Assembly: GCA_963719315.1 (NCBI GenBank)
Contig: CAVRBU010000002.1
Span: 864,001 to 928,000 of the forward strand
Direction of reading: 5' to 3'
Source: an uncultured Planctomycetota bacterium
Lineage (GTDB): Bacteria; Planctomycetota; Planctomycetia; Pirellulales; Lacipirellulaceae
Length of the DNA: 64,000 nt
Numbering within the stretch: the stretch's first letter is position 1; each line of letters begins with the position of its first letter. A model generated the notes under the pieces. The model made no database searches. It was not told the DNA's origin and was given only the letters and a program-made list of their open reading frames with translations. This document shows positions 25,665 to 36,742 of this stretch, in pieces. The translations under genes and the position numbers were made by a program.

Positions 25665-27349
25665 CTACTGCGATTGATTCGCTTTTTTGCGTGTCATGGC
25701 TCGTGCGTCGTTAAGGTCGATCGGTTCGATCGTCGCCAATTGACCCTTTTGCGACGCGCCGCCAACGACCATCAATCCGCCGTGCGGCGCCGGCACGAGT
25801 TGGTGAAAGAACCGCGGCGTTTCCACGCGGCCAGCCTCTTCCCACGCCGACCCCGAATCATTCAGCCGGTACAAAACGCCGCGCAACCCGCACACGTATA
25901 ACTCGCCGTCCAAGTTCCATGCCGACACACCAAAGCCCGCCATACCAGCGCCCGGCAGATTGGGTCCTCTGTGCCAATTGCCCGAGTGCAGGTCGAATAG
26001 ATCCACGCGGACCGAAGGGTTGTTTTTCTCGTCCATGCCGCCGAGTGCGATCAGCTTGTCCTTCCAGAATCCAGCCGCGAGCGCCCTCCGCTTGAATTCA
26101 GGATGCGGCAGCTTTTGCCAGCCGCTCTCCGGCTTAGTGAAGTCATAGACGAGTGCATCCGGCTCCCACGTGCCGGGAGGCTTACCATCCAACCGCCAGC
26201 CGCCGATGACGTATAGCTTGTCGCCGATCACGGTCGCGTTGTGCGACGATCGTGCCGCGGGCAAAGGCGGAGCGCCGTCCATTTGTTCGGCGCCGGATCA
26301 AACTCTGAAAACTCGGCGGTTGAATGTAAATCCGCGGTATCCTTCGTCGTGGGATTGCGGATATCCAAACCGCCGACACGATAGATCTTTCCAGCATGAG
26401 CCACCAGCGGCAGCCCCTGCAGAGGCGTTTGCATCGGCAGCTCTTGCCACGTTGAGGCGCCGTCGAGCTTAATGCGGCGGAAGTGCTTGGAGAGATTCGC
26501 CGCAGAATGTTCGTGCTCTTCGCCCGTGTGACCGCCGTAAACGTATAGCCAGCCATCAGAGACCACGGCGCCGAAGCTCGCCACCGGCTCCGGCAGGGGC
26601 GCAATTACCGATACGCTGGCCGGCGCGGCGGGTGTCGCCTTCGCCGGCAGATTAAACGTCAGCGTTGCGTAGTGCATTACACCCTTGTAAGGTTTCCCAT
26701 CGAGCTCTCCCGCTTTCTCTTGTTCCATCGTGTTGGCCAACACGCCGACAAGCCCGCCTCCCTCCGGCTTAAAGCTCGCGTGACCGCCGTCGCCGGTTTT
26801 CAGCTCGACCGGGTCCTTATCCCCGGCAAAGACCGTTACGTCCGCCCCCGCGAGCGGTTTGCCATCCCACAGCACGGTCAGTTCGACATCCCCTTCCTTG
26901 AGTTTCGGCACGACTTCGAGCTTCAGCTCTTTTGAAGCGCCGGCCGCGTTCAGCTCGTCGGCCGTCGTCCCGCGAACGTGCTTCGCATGGTAGAAGAGCA
27001 GCGACCTGCCGTAGATGCCGTATTGTTGGGTCGTCTGCAGAACGGGCGTTTCGGGGTCGCTAATTGGCCCGATCAAGCCCACGCGATCCTCGGTATCGAT
27101 CCCGTTCGTAGTGACCTCTGTCTGCTTGCCGTCAGCAGCGCGGCTCCACAGCTTCGTTTTGGACAATTTTTCGGGGAAGTGATACGACTCATCGGACGGG
27201 CTCTCGTTGAAAAACAACAATGCCTGCGGCTTGCCGTCGACAGTGACGGTTTTGATCCACAAAAAGTGCCCTTCGCACCTGGTCGTTGCCATCACAAACG
27301 CGACGCTGCAAGCGAACGACAGAATCCGACTCAGGTTTCTTGGTAGCAT
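25665..27349 (-). CDS. Secreted DUF4198-like domain plus Kelch beta-propeller protein (apparent indel near 26270)
   Basis: Signal peptide then HFLWI, LEVVP, VLWDGKPL, KTGDGG.A.F, HYATLTF (DUF4198-like); Kelch repeats LYVYGG, IYRVGG, LYVIGG, LIALGG, RFFHQL. Confidence 0.72.
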
Positions 27350-27364
27350 TGCATCCCCGTACAA

Positions 27365-28364
27365 TTAAGTTCCAGGTAAAATCGCGGATTCACCGGCCTT
27401 ACGCGTGGCCATCGCCCGCCAGACCAGAATATCGATATCGCTGGTAATCGTGTGAATGGACCCATCCACCATGGCCGCATTCACAACTCCACCAATGTGG
27501 TTGCTTCGCGACGTTACGGCGGCATAGGTCGGAACCGTCGTGGTCTTCCCCTCCGCGCTGTTGATCCAATCGATATCGGCAGAATTACACGGCACAGCCG
27601 TGTTCGGCGGAATTGCAGCGGTGAATCCCGTCTCGTGAATTTTACCATCTACCCATTCTGTGTGCCCCGACTCTTTGAATGTCGATGTCGTCAGACCGCA
27701 AATATCGCTCGGTTTTTCCACAACGGCTGCAGTGCCCTTGGCCGAACCAGTATCAAAGGTCTGATAAGCCTTAATTTCCGAAACTAGCAAGGTTTTACTA
27801 CTACCGTCGGCGCAATGCCGAAATCCAATCGCGCTGTTCGGAAAGAACATCCCGTCGCCGCCACGAAGCGTGGACGCATCAAACACGAACCACACGCCGA
27901 AGTTTAGTCCATAATTGATAGGGAAATGAGTTCGCTCGACATCGTTTGCGCGGTTCTGCTCGTTGTTCGGAAGGGCACGAAAACACAGGAATCCTCTTCG
28001 AGGCCACGAGGTCGGGACCGATGCGAACGGTGTTGTACGATTGCGAGTAGTCAATTGCCGACTCAAGTGCTGACTCTTCGAGAAACGGCAAAATTCGAGC
28101 CTGCGCCGACCAACTGCTGTTGCGCTCGTCGCCCGTTCCATAAAAATATAGCGACGGCGGAAACACTTTATTCGCCGACTCGTAGTTGTGCATAGCCACA
28201 GCGATCTGCTTGATATTATTCTGGCAGGCGGATCGCCGTGCGGCCTCGCGGGCGGACTGAATCGCGGGAAGCAGCAGTGCCACAAGGATACCGATGATTG
28301 CGATTACGACTAACAGTTCAACAAGCGTAAACGCCTGGTGTTTGTTTTGACCAGCGACGAGCAT
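27365..28364 (-). CDS. DUF1559 prepilin-type protein (apparent indel near 27950)
   Basis: [65 protein letters not shown] (H-X9-DG motif). Confidence 0.88.
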
Positions 28365-28416
28365 AGACGGACTCCTTTTTTGAATGATTCTTGCAATCCT
28401 GAAAAGAAACTGTTGC

Positions 28417-28437
28417 TATTGAGAGTCAGGATCAATA
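28417..28437. promoter_or_regulatory. Palindromic operator resembling a Fur-family box upstream of the DUF1559/Kelch pair
   Basis: TATTGA-gagtcagga-TCAATA, a 19-bp ATTGA-N9-TCAAT core about 50 nt upstream of the start codon in an AT-rich region. Confidence 0.45.
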
Positions 28438-28631
28438 TAGAGAGGTTAATGCACCCTATTGATTTTCGCAAGCCCCAATGTCGAAAAAACGCCCGACAAA
28501 GAATTTGGCTAGAATCAGCCGAAATAGCTGGGTAGCTCCGGTGCCGGGCTCTCATAGAATGTGGAATACCGCTGAGAAACACGGCAATTCCGCTAACGAG
28601 ACTGGATTTCAAGAATTGCGGAGTGCCCCTG

Positions 28632-29918
28632 CTACCGTTCGCTCAGCTTCTCAAACGTATATTCGTGGCCGCGATCGCGGATCACCTCCGCTTTGATGAT
28701 GCGGTCTGGCTTGGGCTGATTGGGGCCATGCAGTGGTGCGCGGTGCTGCAAGTCGCCCAGCACTTCCATTCCCTCGATCACACGGCCAAACACCGTGTGT
28801 TGCCCGTTGAGGTGTGCTGTGGGCACGAACGTGAGGAAGAATTGCGAATTTCCCGAGTCGCGTTGATTGGTCTTGGCCATGCTGAGCGACCCGCGAAAAT
28901 GGCGACGATAGTTCGGCTGATAACATTCATCGTGAATGGTATACCCGGGCCCGCCCTGCCCATCATCCGACTTTGCACCGCCCTGCGCCATAAAGCCAGG
29001 CAACACCCGATGAAATGGACTGCCGTTGTAAAAGCCCTGCTTCACGAGCGTCAAGAAGTTCGCCACGGTTTGGGGAGCCTCGTTTTCAAACAGCTCGACC
29101 ACGATTTCGCCCTTGGTCGTCGTAAGTTTTACGCGCGGCAAATCATCGGCTTTCTGTTCGGCCGCGCGAATCGCTGACTCCTTCGCCCACAACTCTTTGT
29201 ATTGCTCGAGGTTTTCCGCACACGAGGTCACGAGGTGTTCTACGTTCTTGTTCAATCCGCTCTGCGAATCGTGTTGGTCGCCTCGCCTGGCGGAGAGCGC
29301 TACAGCTTCCATTGCACCCGTTTCTTTAGCCTTCTCTAGATACTTCGTCGCCAAGTCGAAGTCGTTCGTCATGTAAGCGGACAAGAATCCCCACACGTAG
29401 AGTTCGTTGTTGCGTGCCCCGCCTTCGATTAGCAACTTGATGATCGGCAGCGCTCTCTCGTATTGATCTCCGCCGTCGATCGGATAGAAAACGTCGTCCG
29501 GATTGTCGTCGCCCGGCACCCCCGGGCCAATCTGGCGTCCGATCACGTAATACTTCGCCACGGCTGCCAGGACATCGGTAATTTGCTGATCGGCATTCGG
29601 CGCCGCTCGATACGCCGCCTCGGCCGCCTCGACCATCGCGTTGACCAGCGATTGCGTGTGCGCCACCTGGCCGGTCAAGTCTTCATTCAACTTTTTGCGC
29701 TGGTCGGCGTCCGCCGACTGGTATTCGGCCTGCAGCTTTTCGATTTCGCGCACCGCAGCCTTGTATTCCTCAAACTTCGTGGTGAAAGCGGCATTCGCTT
29801 GCTCCGCGGCGGGGTTAGCCGGCGCAGCCCGCTTCTCCTCTGAGCGCGAGAATACGCCCGCAAACATGGTCACCATGAAAACGTTCGTAAACCAGAATAT
29901 TCGGGCCATGCGAATCAT
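28632..29918 (-). CDS. Cyclophilin-type peptidyl-prolyl isomerase with signal peptide and helical N-terminal domain
   Basis: TTKGEIVVELFENEAPQTVANF, FHRVLPGFMAQGG, RGSLSMA, SQFF, HLNGQHTVFGRV; the ORF-track extension to 30785 overlaps rsmD antisense and is rejected. Confidence 0.88.
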   Translation of the reverse strand: MIRMARIFWFTNVFMVTMFAGVFSRSEEKRAAPANPAAEQANAAFTTKFEEYKAAVREIEKLQAEYQSADADQRKKLNEDLTGQVAHTQSLVNAMVEAAEAAYRAAPNADQQITDVLAAVAKYYVIGRQIGPGVPGDDNPDDVFYPIDGGDQYERALPIIKLLIEGGARNNELYVWGFLSAYMTNDFDLATKYLEKAKETGAMEAVALSARRGDQHDSQSGLNKNVEHLVTSCAENLEQYKELWAKESAIRAAEQKADDLPRVKLTTTKGEIVVELFENEAPQTVANFLTLVKQGFYNGSPFHRVLPGFMAQGGAKSDDGQGGPGYTIHDECYQPNYRRHFRGSLSMAKTNQRDSGNSQFFLTFVPTAHLNGQHTVFGRVIEGMEVLGDLQHRAPLHGPNQPKPDRIIKAEVIRDRGHEYTFEKLSER

Positions 29919-30107
29919 AGAGATACCTTCATTTCGTGCGGTCCTAGACGCCATCATCTCCACACACGATAACACATGCTTGCCGCGATAGTGTAGGCGT
30001 CTCGTAGGGCGAGACGCAATTTCCTCTCGCGGAGCGATATGCCTACACTCTACGATTCTCGACCCACCTTGCCACACAAACGCAAATCTGCCGAACCATC
30101 TGCATCG

Positions 30108-30723
30108 ATGGCTCGCGACGACCGCGATCCCGAGGTGCGAATCATCGGCGGCCAATTTCGGGGCCGGAGATTGCAATATCACGGAGATCCGCTCGTTCGA
30201 CCAATGAAGCATCGCACGCGCGAGGCGATTTTCAACCTCGTGAGCACAGGCTGCACCGGCCGGCACGCCATCGATTTGTTTGCCGGAACGGGCGCGCTCG
30301 GCCTGGAAGCGCTCAGCCGCGGCGCCCCTTCGGCGACGTTCATAGAACAGCACGTGCCAACGGCTCGCATCGTGGAAGAAAACATCCACACGCTCGGCGT
30401 CGCGGATCGAACGACCGTGGCTGTCACGAGTGCGTTCTTGTGGGTGAAGCGCGACCTGCCCGCGGTGGCCGAGTCGATCGCCATTCCTTGGCTTGTTTTC
30501 TGCAGTCCTCCTTATGCGTTTTTCTTGGAGCGGCAAGCAGAAATGGTCAATCTCGTATCCCGCATTCGGGAGCACGCTCCGGCTGACAGCATCTTGGTTG
30601 TCGAAGCGGAGCAACCGTTCGACTTCGACCTCATCCGCGGCGCACGTTGAAACGGTTGAAGACGGACCCTGGGACGTGCGCGTGTACGCGCCCGCGGTGG
30701 TCGGCGTCTGGCAAGCCGAGTGA
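30108..30723 (+). CDS. rsmD: RsmD-family 16S rRNA methyltransferase (possible indel near 30635)
   Basis: RIIGGQFRGRRL, VRPM..R.REAIFN, DLFAGTGALGLEALSRGA, FCSPPY; probable tail WDVRVYAPAVVGVW lies in another frame ending 30723. Confidence 0.82.
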
Positions 30724-30734
30724 AATGAAGGGAC

Positions 30735-30769
30735 TGCCGTGCCTTCGTCGCGACGGCGAAGGCACAGCA
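30735..30769. terminator. Hairpin between convergent rsmD and cphA (bidirectional terminator or REP-like)
   Basis: tgccgtgccttcgtcg / cggcgaaggcacagca inverted repeat. Confidence 0.5.
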
Positions 30770-30784
30770 CTCCGAAAGGCGCCA

Positions 30785-33472
30785 TTAACCGGCGACGTGC
30801 ATCACAGTGGACGCCTTGATCGACTCGCCGACTTCGATCGCAGTCGGCGCGGCTTTGCAGTTGGCGGCAGCGCCGGTAGCCAGAAACGACTTCAGGTACT
30901 CGACGGCTTGGTCAACCACATCGGCCTGCACGAGCAGCAACTCGCCTGGCCGAATCAGCCGCAGGGCTGCATCGGCAGCACTGGTCCAGGTCGGGAAGGC
31001 CTGCATCTCCTTGGTCCGCCGCGCTCCCGCCAAACCGGCCCGCAGCAAACCAATGATCTCGCCCTGCTGCCGGCCGCGGAGGTAATGGTCTTCATACAAA
31101 AGGAGTCGATCAAACGCGCCGCCCAAAAGTTCGCCCTGGCGGATGATGTCGCAATCGCGACGGTCGCCGGCTACCGAGTAAACGGCGGTTCGCATCTTCT
31201 GAGGAAATGAATCGATGGCCGCGAGGATGGCCGCCAGCGAGGACGGGTTGTGGCCGTAGTCCACGATAACGGTCGCGCCTGCGATATCAAACACGTTGAA
31301 CCGCGCGGGGACCTTATCCATCTGAGCCGAGAACGATTCCAGCCCCAGCCGAATTTGCTCGGCCGGCAGGCCCAACGCCCAGCAAGCGGCGGTGGCCGCC
31401 AGCACGTTCTCGACCTGGAACCCGATGCGACCGCCGTAGGTCAGCGGAATGCGGTCGAGCGACAAGAGCGTGAATTCGTATTCGCCTTCCGCGAGTGCGA
31501 TCGCATGATCGCGCACGAATGCAACCCGCGCGTTCGCTTCACGGCGTTGGACAATCAGCGGCTGGCTGCCGCTCTTGGCGAAGAACACCGTGGTGCCGGG
31601 GCAGTACTTTGCCATCTCGGCCACGAGCGGATCTTCGGCATTGAGCACGGCCGCCCCCGTCGGCGCCAGCGCTTCGACAATCGAACGCTTTACCTTTGCC
31701 AGATTTTCGATCGTCTGAATATCTTCCAACCCTAAGTGATCGCCTTCGCCGATGTTCGTGACGACCGCAATATCACACCGGTCGAAGCCCAGGCCTTCGC
31801 GCAGGATACCGCCGCGAGCCGTTTCGAACACGGCCGCGTCCACAAGCGGATTCATCAGCACGGCGCGAGCACTTTGCGGACCACTGCAATCGCCTTCGTC
31901 GATCCGATCGCCCGCGATGTAGATGCCGTCGGTGCAGGTCATACCTACGCGATTTCCGGTCGAGCCGACGATATGTGCGATGAGCCGCGTGGTTGTCGTT
32001 TTACCATTTACGCCCGTCACCGCGACGATGGGAATCCGCCCGCTCTGCATTTCCGGGAACATCATATCGACGATCGCTCTACCAACCGGCCGCGAGGTGC
32101 CATGCGAAGGCTTCAGGTGCATCCGGAGGCCCGGCCCGGCGTTGACTTCGATCACGGCGCCACCTTGCTCACGCAACGGCCGATCAATGGCGCGCGCCAC
32201 AATGTCTACGCCGGCGATATCGAGCCCAACCATCCGAACCGCATCCACGGTACGCCGCGCAATCTCCGGATGAACCAGATCGGTAACGTCGGTGGCCGTG
32301 CCGCCCGTGCTAAGGTTCGCATTTCGGCGAATCAGGACCTTCACCCCTTCCGGCACGACCGAATCCGGACAGTAGCCTTGTTCCTTCAACACTGCCAAGG
32401 CATTTGGATCGAGCTTAATACAGCTCAGCACGGTGGCGTGACCGTCACTGCGCAAGGGATCGCGGTTGATTTTATCCATCAACTCGCGCACGGTGGAACA
32501 CCCGTTGCCGACTACCTGGGCCGGCTCACGTCGTGCCGCAGCCACTAGCTGATTGCCGACGACAAGCATGCGGTAATCGTCGCCTGGCACATATTGCTCG
32601 ACGACGACAGCCGAACCCTCGTTCACGGCAATCGCATAGGCGGCAGTTACTTGCTCCCGTGTCGTTAGATTGGTCGCGACTCCGCGGCCATGGTTGCCGT
32701 CCAATGGTTTCACGACCACCGGTCCGCCCAACTCCTCAGCGGCAGCCCAAGCGTCGTCGGCGTCGGTCACCACTCGACCGTCGGCCACAGGCACGCCCAC
32801 CGCATTCAACAGCTTACGCGTCAACTGCTTGTCGGATGCAATGGCTTCGGCCACGGCACCCGAGCGGTCAGTCTCTGCCGCATTGATGCGTCGTTGACGC
32901 GAGCCATAGCCGAGTTGTACAAGACTCTCGGTATCAAGCCGCAAGGTTGGAATATTTCGAGCTTGAGCCGCTGAGACGATTGCCGACGTGCTCGGGCCCA
33001 GGCACACGTTGTGCGCGATGGCGCGGAGCTTTTCGATTTCGACCTGCAAGTCGAAAGGCCGATCGTGGATCGCCGCCAGCAGCATCTCGAACGCCGTATC
33101 GAGCGACGCCAAGCCAACTTGTTCTTCAACATACTCAATGGCGACCTTGTAGGTGCCTTCCACGGTCGTTTCGCGTGCCCGGCCGAAACCGACTTCGGTG
33201 CCGGCGAGCGATTGCAGCTCGAGCGTCACGTGTTCTAAGATGTGGCCCATGTATGTGCCACGACGCAACCGTTCAAAGAAACCACCGCGCTCGCCGATGC
33301 TGCACCGATGCTCGACCATCGTGGGCAGCCAGCCCATCAAGCGCTCATTGAAGCCTGGAATCATTTCCGAAGAGGTATCCTTGAACTCTTCCAGGTCAAT
33401 CCAAACTTCCAAAACAGGAAAGTTGGCCCAGATGTTCGGCCCTCTTAGTTTCAAAACCTTTTGAATTTGCAT
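30785..33472 (-). CDS. cphA: Cyanophycin synthetase (CphA1-type, N, G and M domains)
   Basis: LRGPNIW, HRCS...GHILEHV N-domain; ATP-grasp KPLDGNHGRGV, NANLSTGG, EVNAGPGLRMH; Mur-ligase-like TGVNGKTTTTR, ETARGG, DHLG, DYGHNP. Confidence 0.95.
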   Translation of the reverse strand: MQIQKVLKLRGPNIWANFPVLEVWIDLEEFKDTSSEMIPGFNERLMGWLPTMVEHRCSIGERGGFFERLRRGTYMGHILEHVTLELQSLAGTEVGFGRARETTVEGTYKVAIEYVEEQVGLASLDTAFEMLLAAIHDRPFDLQVEIEKLRAIAHNVCLGPSTSAIVSAAQARNIPTLRLDTESLVQLGYGSRQRRINAAETDRSGAVAEAIASDKQLTRKLLNAVGVPVADGRVVTDADDAWAAAEELGGPVVVKPLDGNHGRGVATNLTTREQVTAAYAIAVNEGSAVVVEQYVPGDDYRMLVVGNQLVAAARREPAQVVGNGCSTVRELMDKINRDPLRSDGHATVLSCIKLDPNALAVLKEQGYCPDSVVPEGVKVLIRRNANLSTGGTATDVTDLVHPEIARRTVDAVRMVGLDIAGVDIVARAIDRPLREQGGAVIEVNAGPGLRMHLKPSHGTSRPVGRAIVDMMFPEMQSGRIPIVAVTGVNGKTTTTRLIAHIVGSTGNRVGMTCTDGIYIAGDRIDEGDCSGPQSARAVLMNPLVDAAVFETARGGILREGLGFDRCDIAVVTNIGEGDHLGLEDIQTIENLAKVKRSIVEALAPTGAAVLNAEDPLVAEMAKYCPGTTVFFAKSGSQPLIVQRREANARVAFVRDHAIALAEGEYEFTLLSLDRIPLTYGGRIGFQVENVLAATAACWALGLPAEQIRLGLESFSAQMDKVPARFNVFDIAGATVIVDYGHNPSSLAAILAAIDSFPQKMRTAVYSVAGDRRDCDIIRQGELLGGAFDRLLLYEDHYLRGRQQGEIIGLLRAGLAGARRTKEMQAFPTWTSAADAALRLIRPGELLLVQADVVDQAVEYLKSFLATGAAANCKAAPTAIEVGESIKASTVMHVAG

Positions 33473-33827
33473 AGAACGAGCGGTTACCTCTTACTCTTGA
33501 TCCGTCATGATGAAAGATGCGCGAAAATGCGCGAAAGCGTGCTGGTGATTCGTTGAAAGATTGCCCCCCACCAGCGATCGAAGACTGCCCTCACGAACTT
33601 ACTACGTGTTCGTATATCTTATGGTTCTTTAGGTAGTTTGTGCAGGCAGCGAAAGCTATAGTAGCTGTCCAGCGCGCGGGCAACCACCGAGCAATGATTT
33701 TCGACAGAACACCACCATGGCAATAACCCAGCACTTATAATTATATTTAAAGCCAAGAATTCAACCCTCCGCCTGCGTCCCAATTTGAGACAAGCAGTCG
33801 TCGCGGGCCTCAAAAACCGCCCTAAAA

Positions 33828-36087
33828 GTGCCCGTCATCAACCGAATAATCGATAGCGATGGCATCCCGCCAGTATGGCGGCATGAACTGCAGGCGCAAC
33901 TGGCGTCGGGGGAAAGCCTTGTAAGTTGGTTCCAGCCGGATCTCAACTCGCGGCTTGACTTTGCCGACGGCATCGTCGTACTTACCGACCGCCGTCTGCT
34001 GGCCGCCGACGGGGCTGCGCAAGAATCGTGGAAATCGTGGCCGCTTCAAAACATCGCCAATCTACGAGCGCGCGAGGCGGCCGGGCTCGGTGCGATCGAG
34101 TTGCTGGGCCGCTCCGCGTTGGAAGCGACATGGCAATACACGGCAGCCAAGTCCGTGGCCGCCACGCAGTTCATCGGTGCGTATCAACGCGTCGCCTCTG
34201 CCGTTTCGAAGAAGGCAACATCTCCACATAGCATGCCGGTAGCCGCATCGGTCTGTCCGTCGTGCGGCGCGACGATCGAGCCGCCGCAGACCGTTTGTGA
34301 AGTCTGTACTCCGTCGGCGGCCCCGCCGCCAGTTCGCTCGTTGTGGCGACTTGGTCGCTTCGCCCGGCCGCGGGTCGCGATGATCGTGTTTGGCTTCGCG
34401 CTTACGCTCGCCAGCACCGCGGCCGGCTTGGTGCCTCCGTACCTCACGATCCCGTTGATCAACGACGTACTCATTCCGCGCCAGCTCGGCAGGCCCGTCA
34501 ACTTCGGCGTTGTCCCGTGGTATCTGGCTGGTCTGCTCGGCGCAGCCCTTGTCGCGTGGATGCTGAGTTGGGCCAAATCGTACGTGCTGGCCCACGTCAG
34601 CGAACAGATCAGCGCCGATTTGCGCAGCGAAACGTACGCGCATCTGCAACGGTTGTCGCTCGAGTTCTTTGGCGGCAAACGCACGGGCGACCTGATCTCG
34701 CGCGTTAGCAGCGATACGGATCGGATCTGCAGTTTTCTCTCAATCAACCTGCTCGATTTCGCCAGCGACGTGCTGATGATCATCATGACCGCCGCCATAC
34801 TGTTGTGGATCGACCCCGGCATGGGCCTCGTGGCGTTGTTGCCGTTCCCAATCATCGCCTCGATGGCACAGCGCGTACGGGTTCGCCTGCGACACGGCTT
34901 CGCGCGCACGAGCGCCGCCTGGGCCGAAATGGTCAATGTGTTGGCCGATACGATTCCCGGCATCCGCGTCGTGAAAGCATTTGCCCAGGAGCGCCGCGAG
35001 ATCGAACGGTTCAACGGGCGCAACCAGCACGTGCTCGATGCCAACAATCGCGTCAATGTGTTGTGGTCGTTCTTCGGACCGACCGTCACCCTGTTGACCG
35101 ATTGCGGAATGTTGGTGATCTGGGGCTTCGGCGCTTGGCGCGTGTTCCAACAGGGCTCTTTCACAGTCGGCATCCTGGTGGGCTTCACCGCGTATATGAG
35201 CCGGCTGTACCTAAGGCTCGATTCAATGAGCCGATTCCTCGCCTCGACGCAGCGGGCTGCCGCGGCCACCCATCGCATTTTCGAAATCCTCGACCGTCGC
35301 ATGAGCGTCGCGGAACCGGTACGTCCCGTTCACCCCGGGCGGCTGGAAGGCAGAATCGAGTTGCGCGATGTCACGTTCAAATACGGCAATCGCACGGTGA
35401 TTCGCGACGTCAATCTCACGATCGAGCCTGGTCAAATGATCGGTCTCGTCGGCCCGAGCGGCGCCGGCAAGAGCACGCTCGTGAACCTGATCTGTCGATT
35501 TTACGATGTGGCTGCCGGAGCGATTCTGGTCGATGGCACCGACATCCGCTCGTTCCCCGTGGAAGAATACCGCCGCAACATTGGGATCGTTCTTCAAGAG
35601 CCCTTCCTGTTCTACGGCACGATCGCCGAAAACATCGCGTACGGCAGGCCCGAGGCGTCGCCGGCCGAGATCATCACCGCCGCCCGCGCCGCGGGCCCAC
35701 GAGTTTATCTTGAACCTGGCCGATGGCTATGACTCGCTCGTCGGCGAGCGCGGCCAATCGCTCTCCGGAGGCGAGCGTCAGCGAATTTCGATCGCCCGCG
35801 CCCTGCTGACCGATCCGCGAATTCTCATCTTGGATGAAGCCACGTCTTCGGTCGATACCGAGACGGAACGCGAAATCCAAGTAGCACTCACGAACCTGAT
35901 CGAAGGCCGCACGACCATCGCCATTGCGCACCGCATGAGTACACTACGCCGCGCAGATCGCCTGGTCGTCCTCGAACAGGGCGCCGTGACGGCCGTTGGC
36001 CCGCACGACAAGCTGCTACAAACCTCCGACACCTACGCCCGGCTGCATAACGCGAACCTCGAACTGGCCGAAAGGATCGGCGCATGA
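33828..36087 (+). CDS. ABC exporter (fused TMD-NBD) with extra N-terminal domain and Zn-ribbon (apparent indel near 35695)
   Basis: Six-TM exporter domain, Walker [38 protein letters not shown] (in ORF 35506..36087); N-terminal VLTDRRLL domain and CPSC..CEVC. Confidence 0.88.
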
Positions 36088-36626
36088 ACACTCACGACAA
36101 TGGCGCCACCGACTCGCCGAGGGTCTTCAAACCCAGCCCGCATCTCGCGGCGCCTCCAGGGCCACCGCAGTTTTCGCTGGCTCGCGACGAATGGGGCCAG
36201 CTCGTATTCATTGCCCCCGACGGCGCACGGCATTTGCCCGTCGTGCCCACACCCTTGTTTCCGATCTCGATGCCCGACCATTGGATCTCCCTCCGCGGTG
36301 CGGATGGCGACGAACTGGCTTGCGTCGAAGACCCGAGCGTGCTGCCTGCTGAGGTGCAACAACTTTTGCAGGAGGAGGTTGCGCGTCGCGAATTCGTGCC
36401 CGTCATCGAGCGGATCGTGCGCGTCTCAGGCAACAGCGAGCCGTGCGAGTGGCAAGTCGAAACCGACCGCGGCCCGACGCGGTTCGTCCTCAAGAGCGAG
36501 GATGACGTCCGCCGCATCGGCGACCACCAAATTCTCATCCTTGACGCCCACTGCACGCGATACCACATTCCCGACATTCGGGCGATGGACGTCAAAAGCC
36601 GCCGCATCGTCGAGTGGTACGTTTAA
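36084..36626 (+). CDS. DUF1854 family protein
   Basis: [46 protein letters not shown] overlap with the ABC gene stop. Confidence 0.85.
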   Translation: MNTHDNGATDSPRVFKPSPHLAAPPGPPQFSLARDEWGQLVFIAPDGARHLPVVPTPLFPISMPDHWISLRGADGDELACVEDPSVLPAEVQQLLQEEVARREFVPVIERIVRVSGNSEPCEWQVETDRGPTRFVLKSEDDVRRIGDHQILILDAHCTRYHIPDIRAMDVKSRRIVEWYV

Positions 36627-36641
36627 GGGCGGCCGCGTTCG

Positions 36642-36737
36642 GCGCGGGTCTGCCGAGCTCTGCCAAGGAGATCTCCGGTCAGCCCCTGAGTGCTGGGTCG
36701 GGAGACCCGCGCACAACTCGGAGACCCGCACAACTCG
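36642..36737. repeat. REP-like palindrome with short direct duplication
   Basis: gcgcgggtctgccga (36642-36656) / tcgggagacccgcgc (36698-36712), then a repeated ggagacccgc(gc)acaactcg. Confidence 0.55.
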
Positions 36738-36742
36738 CCGGC

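Noticed and set aside
29919..30785. 717-aa ORF 28632..30785 suggesting a long N-terminal extension on the cyclophilin
   Set aside because: The extension is the antisense shadow of rsmD; a signal-peptide-like start at 29918/29909 explains the gene
33718..33733. TGGCAATAACCCAGCA as a sigma54 promoter for the ABC-DUF1854 pair
   Set aside because: GG-N10-GC spacing fits but the -12 element lacks TTGC; too weak to call
34184..35302. Long antisense ORFs (also 5189..6091, 18002..18862, 56381..57424, 36100..37038)
   Set aside because: They overlap well-supported genes, have Arg/Ala-rich shadow composition and no motifs; expected in high-GC DNA
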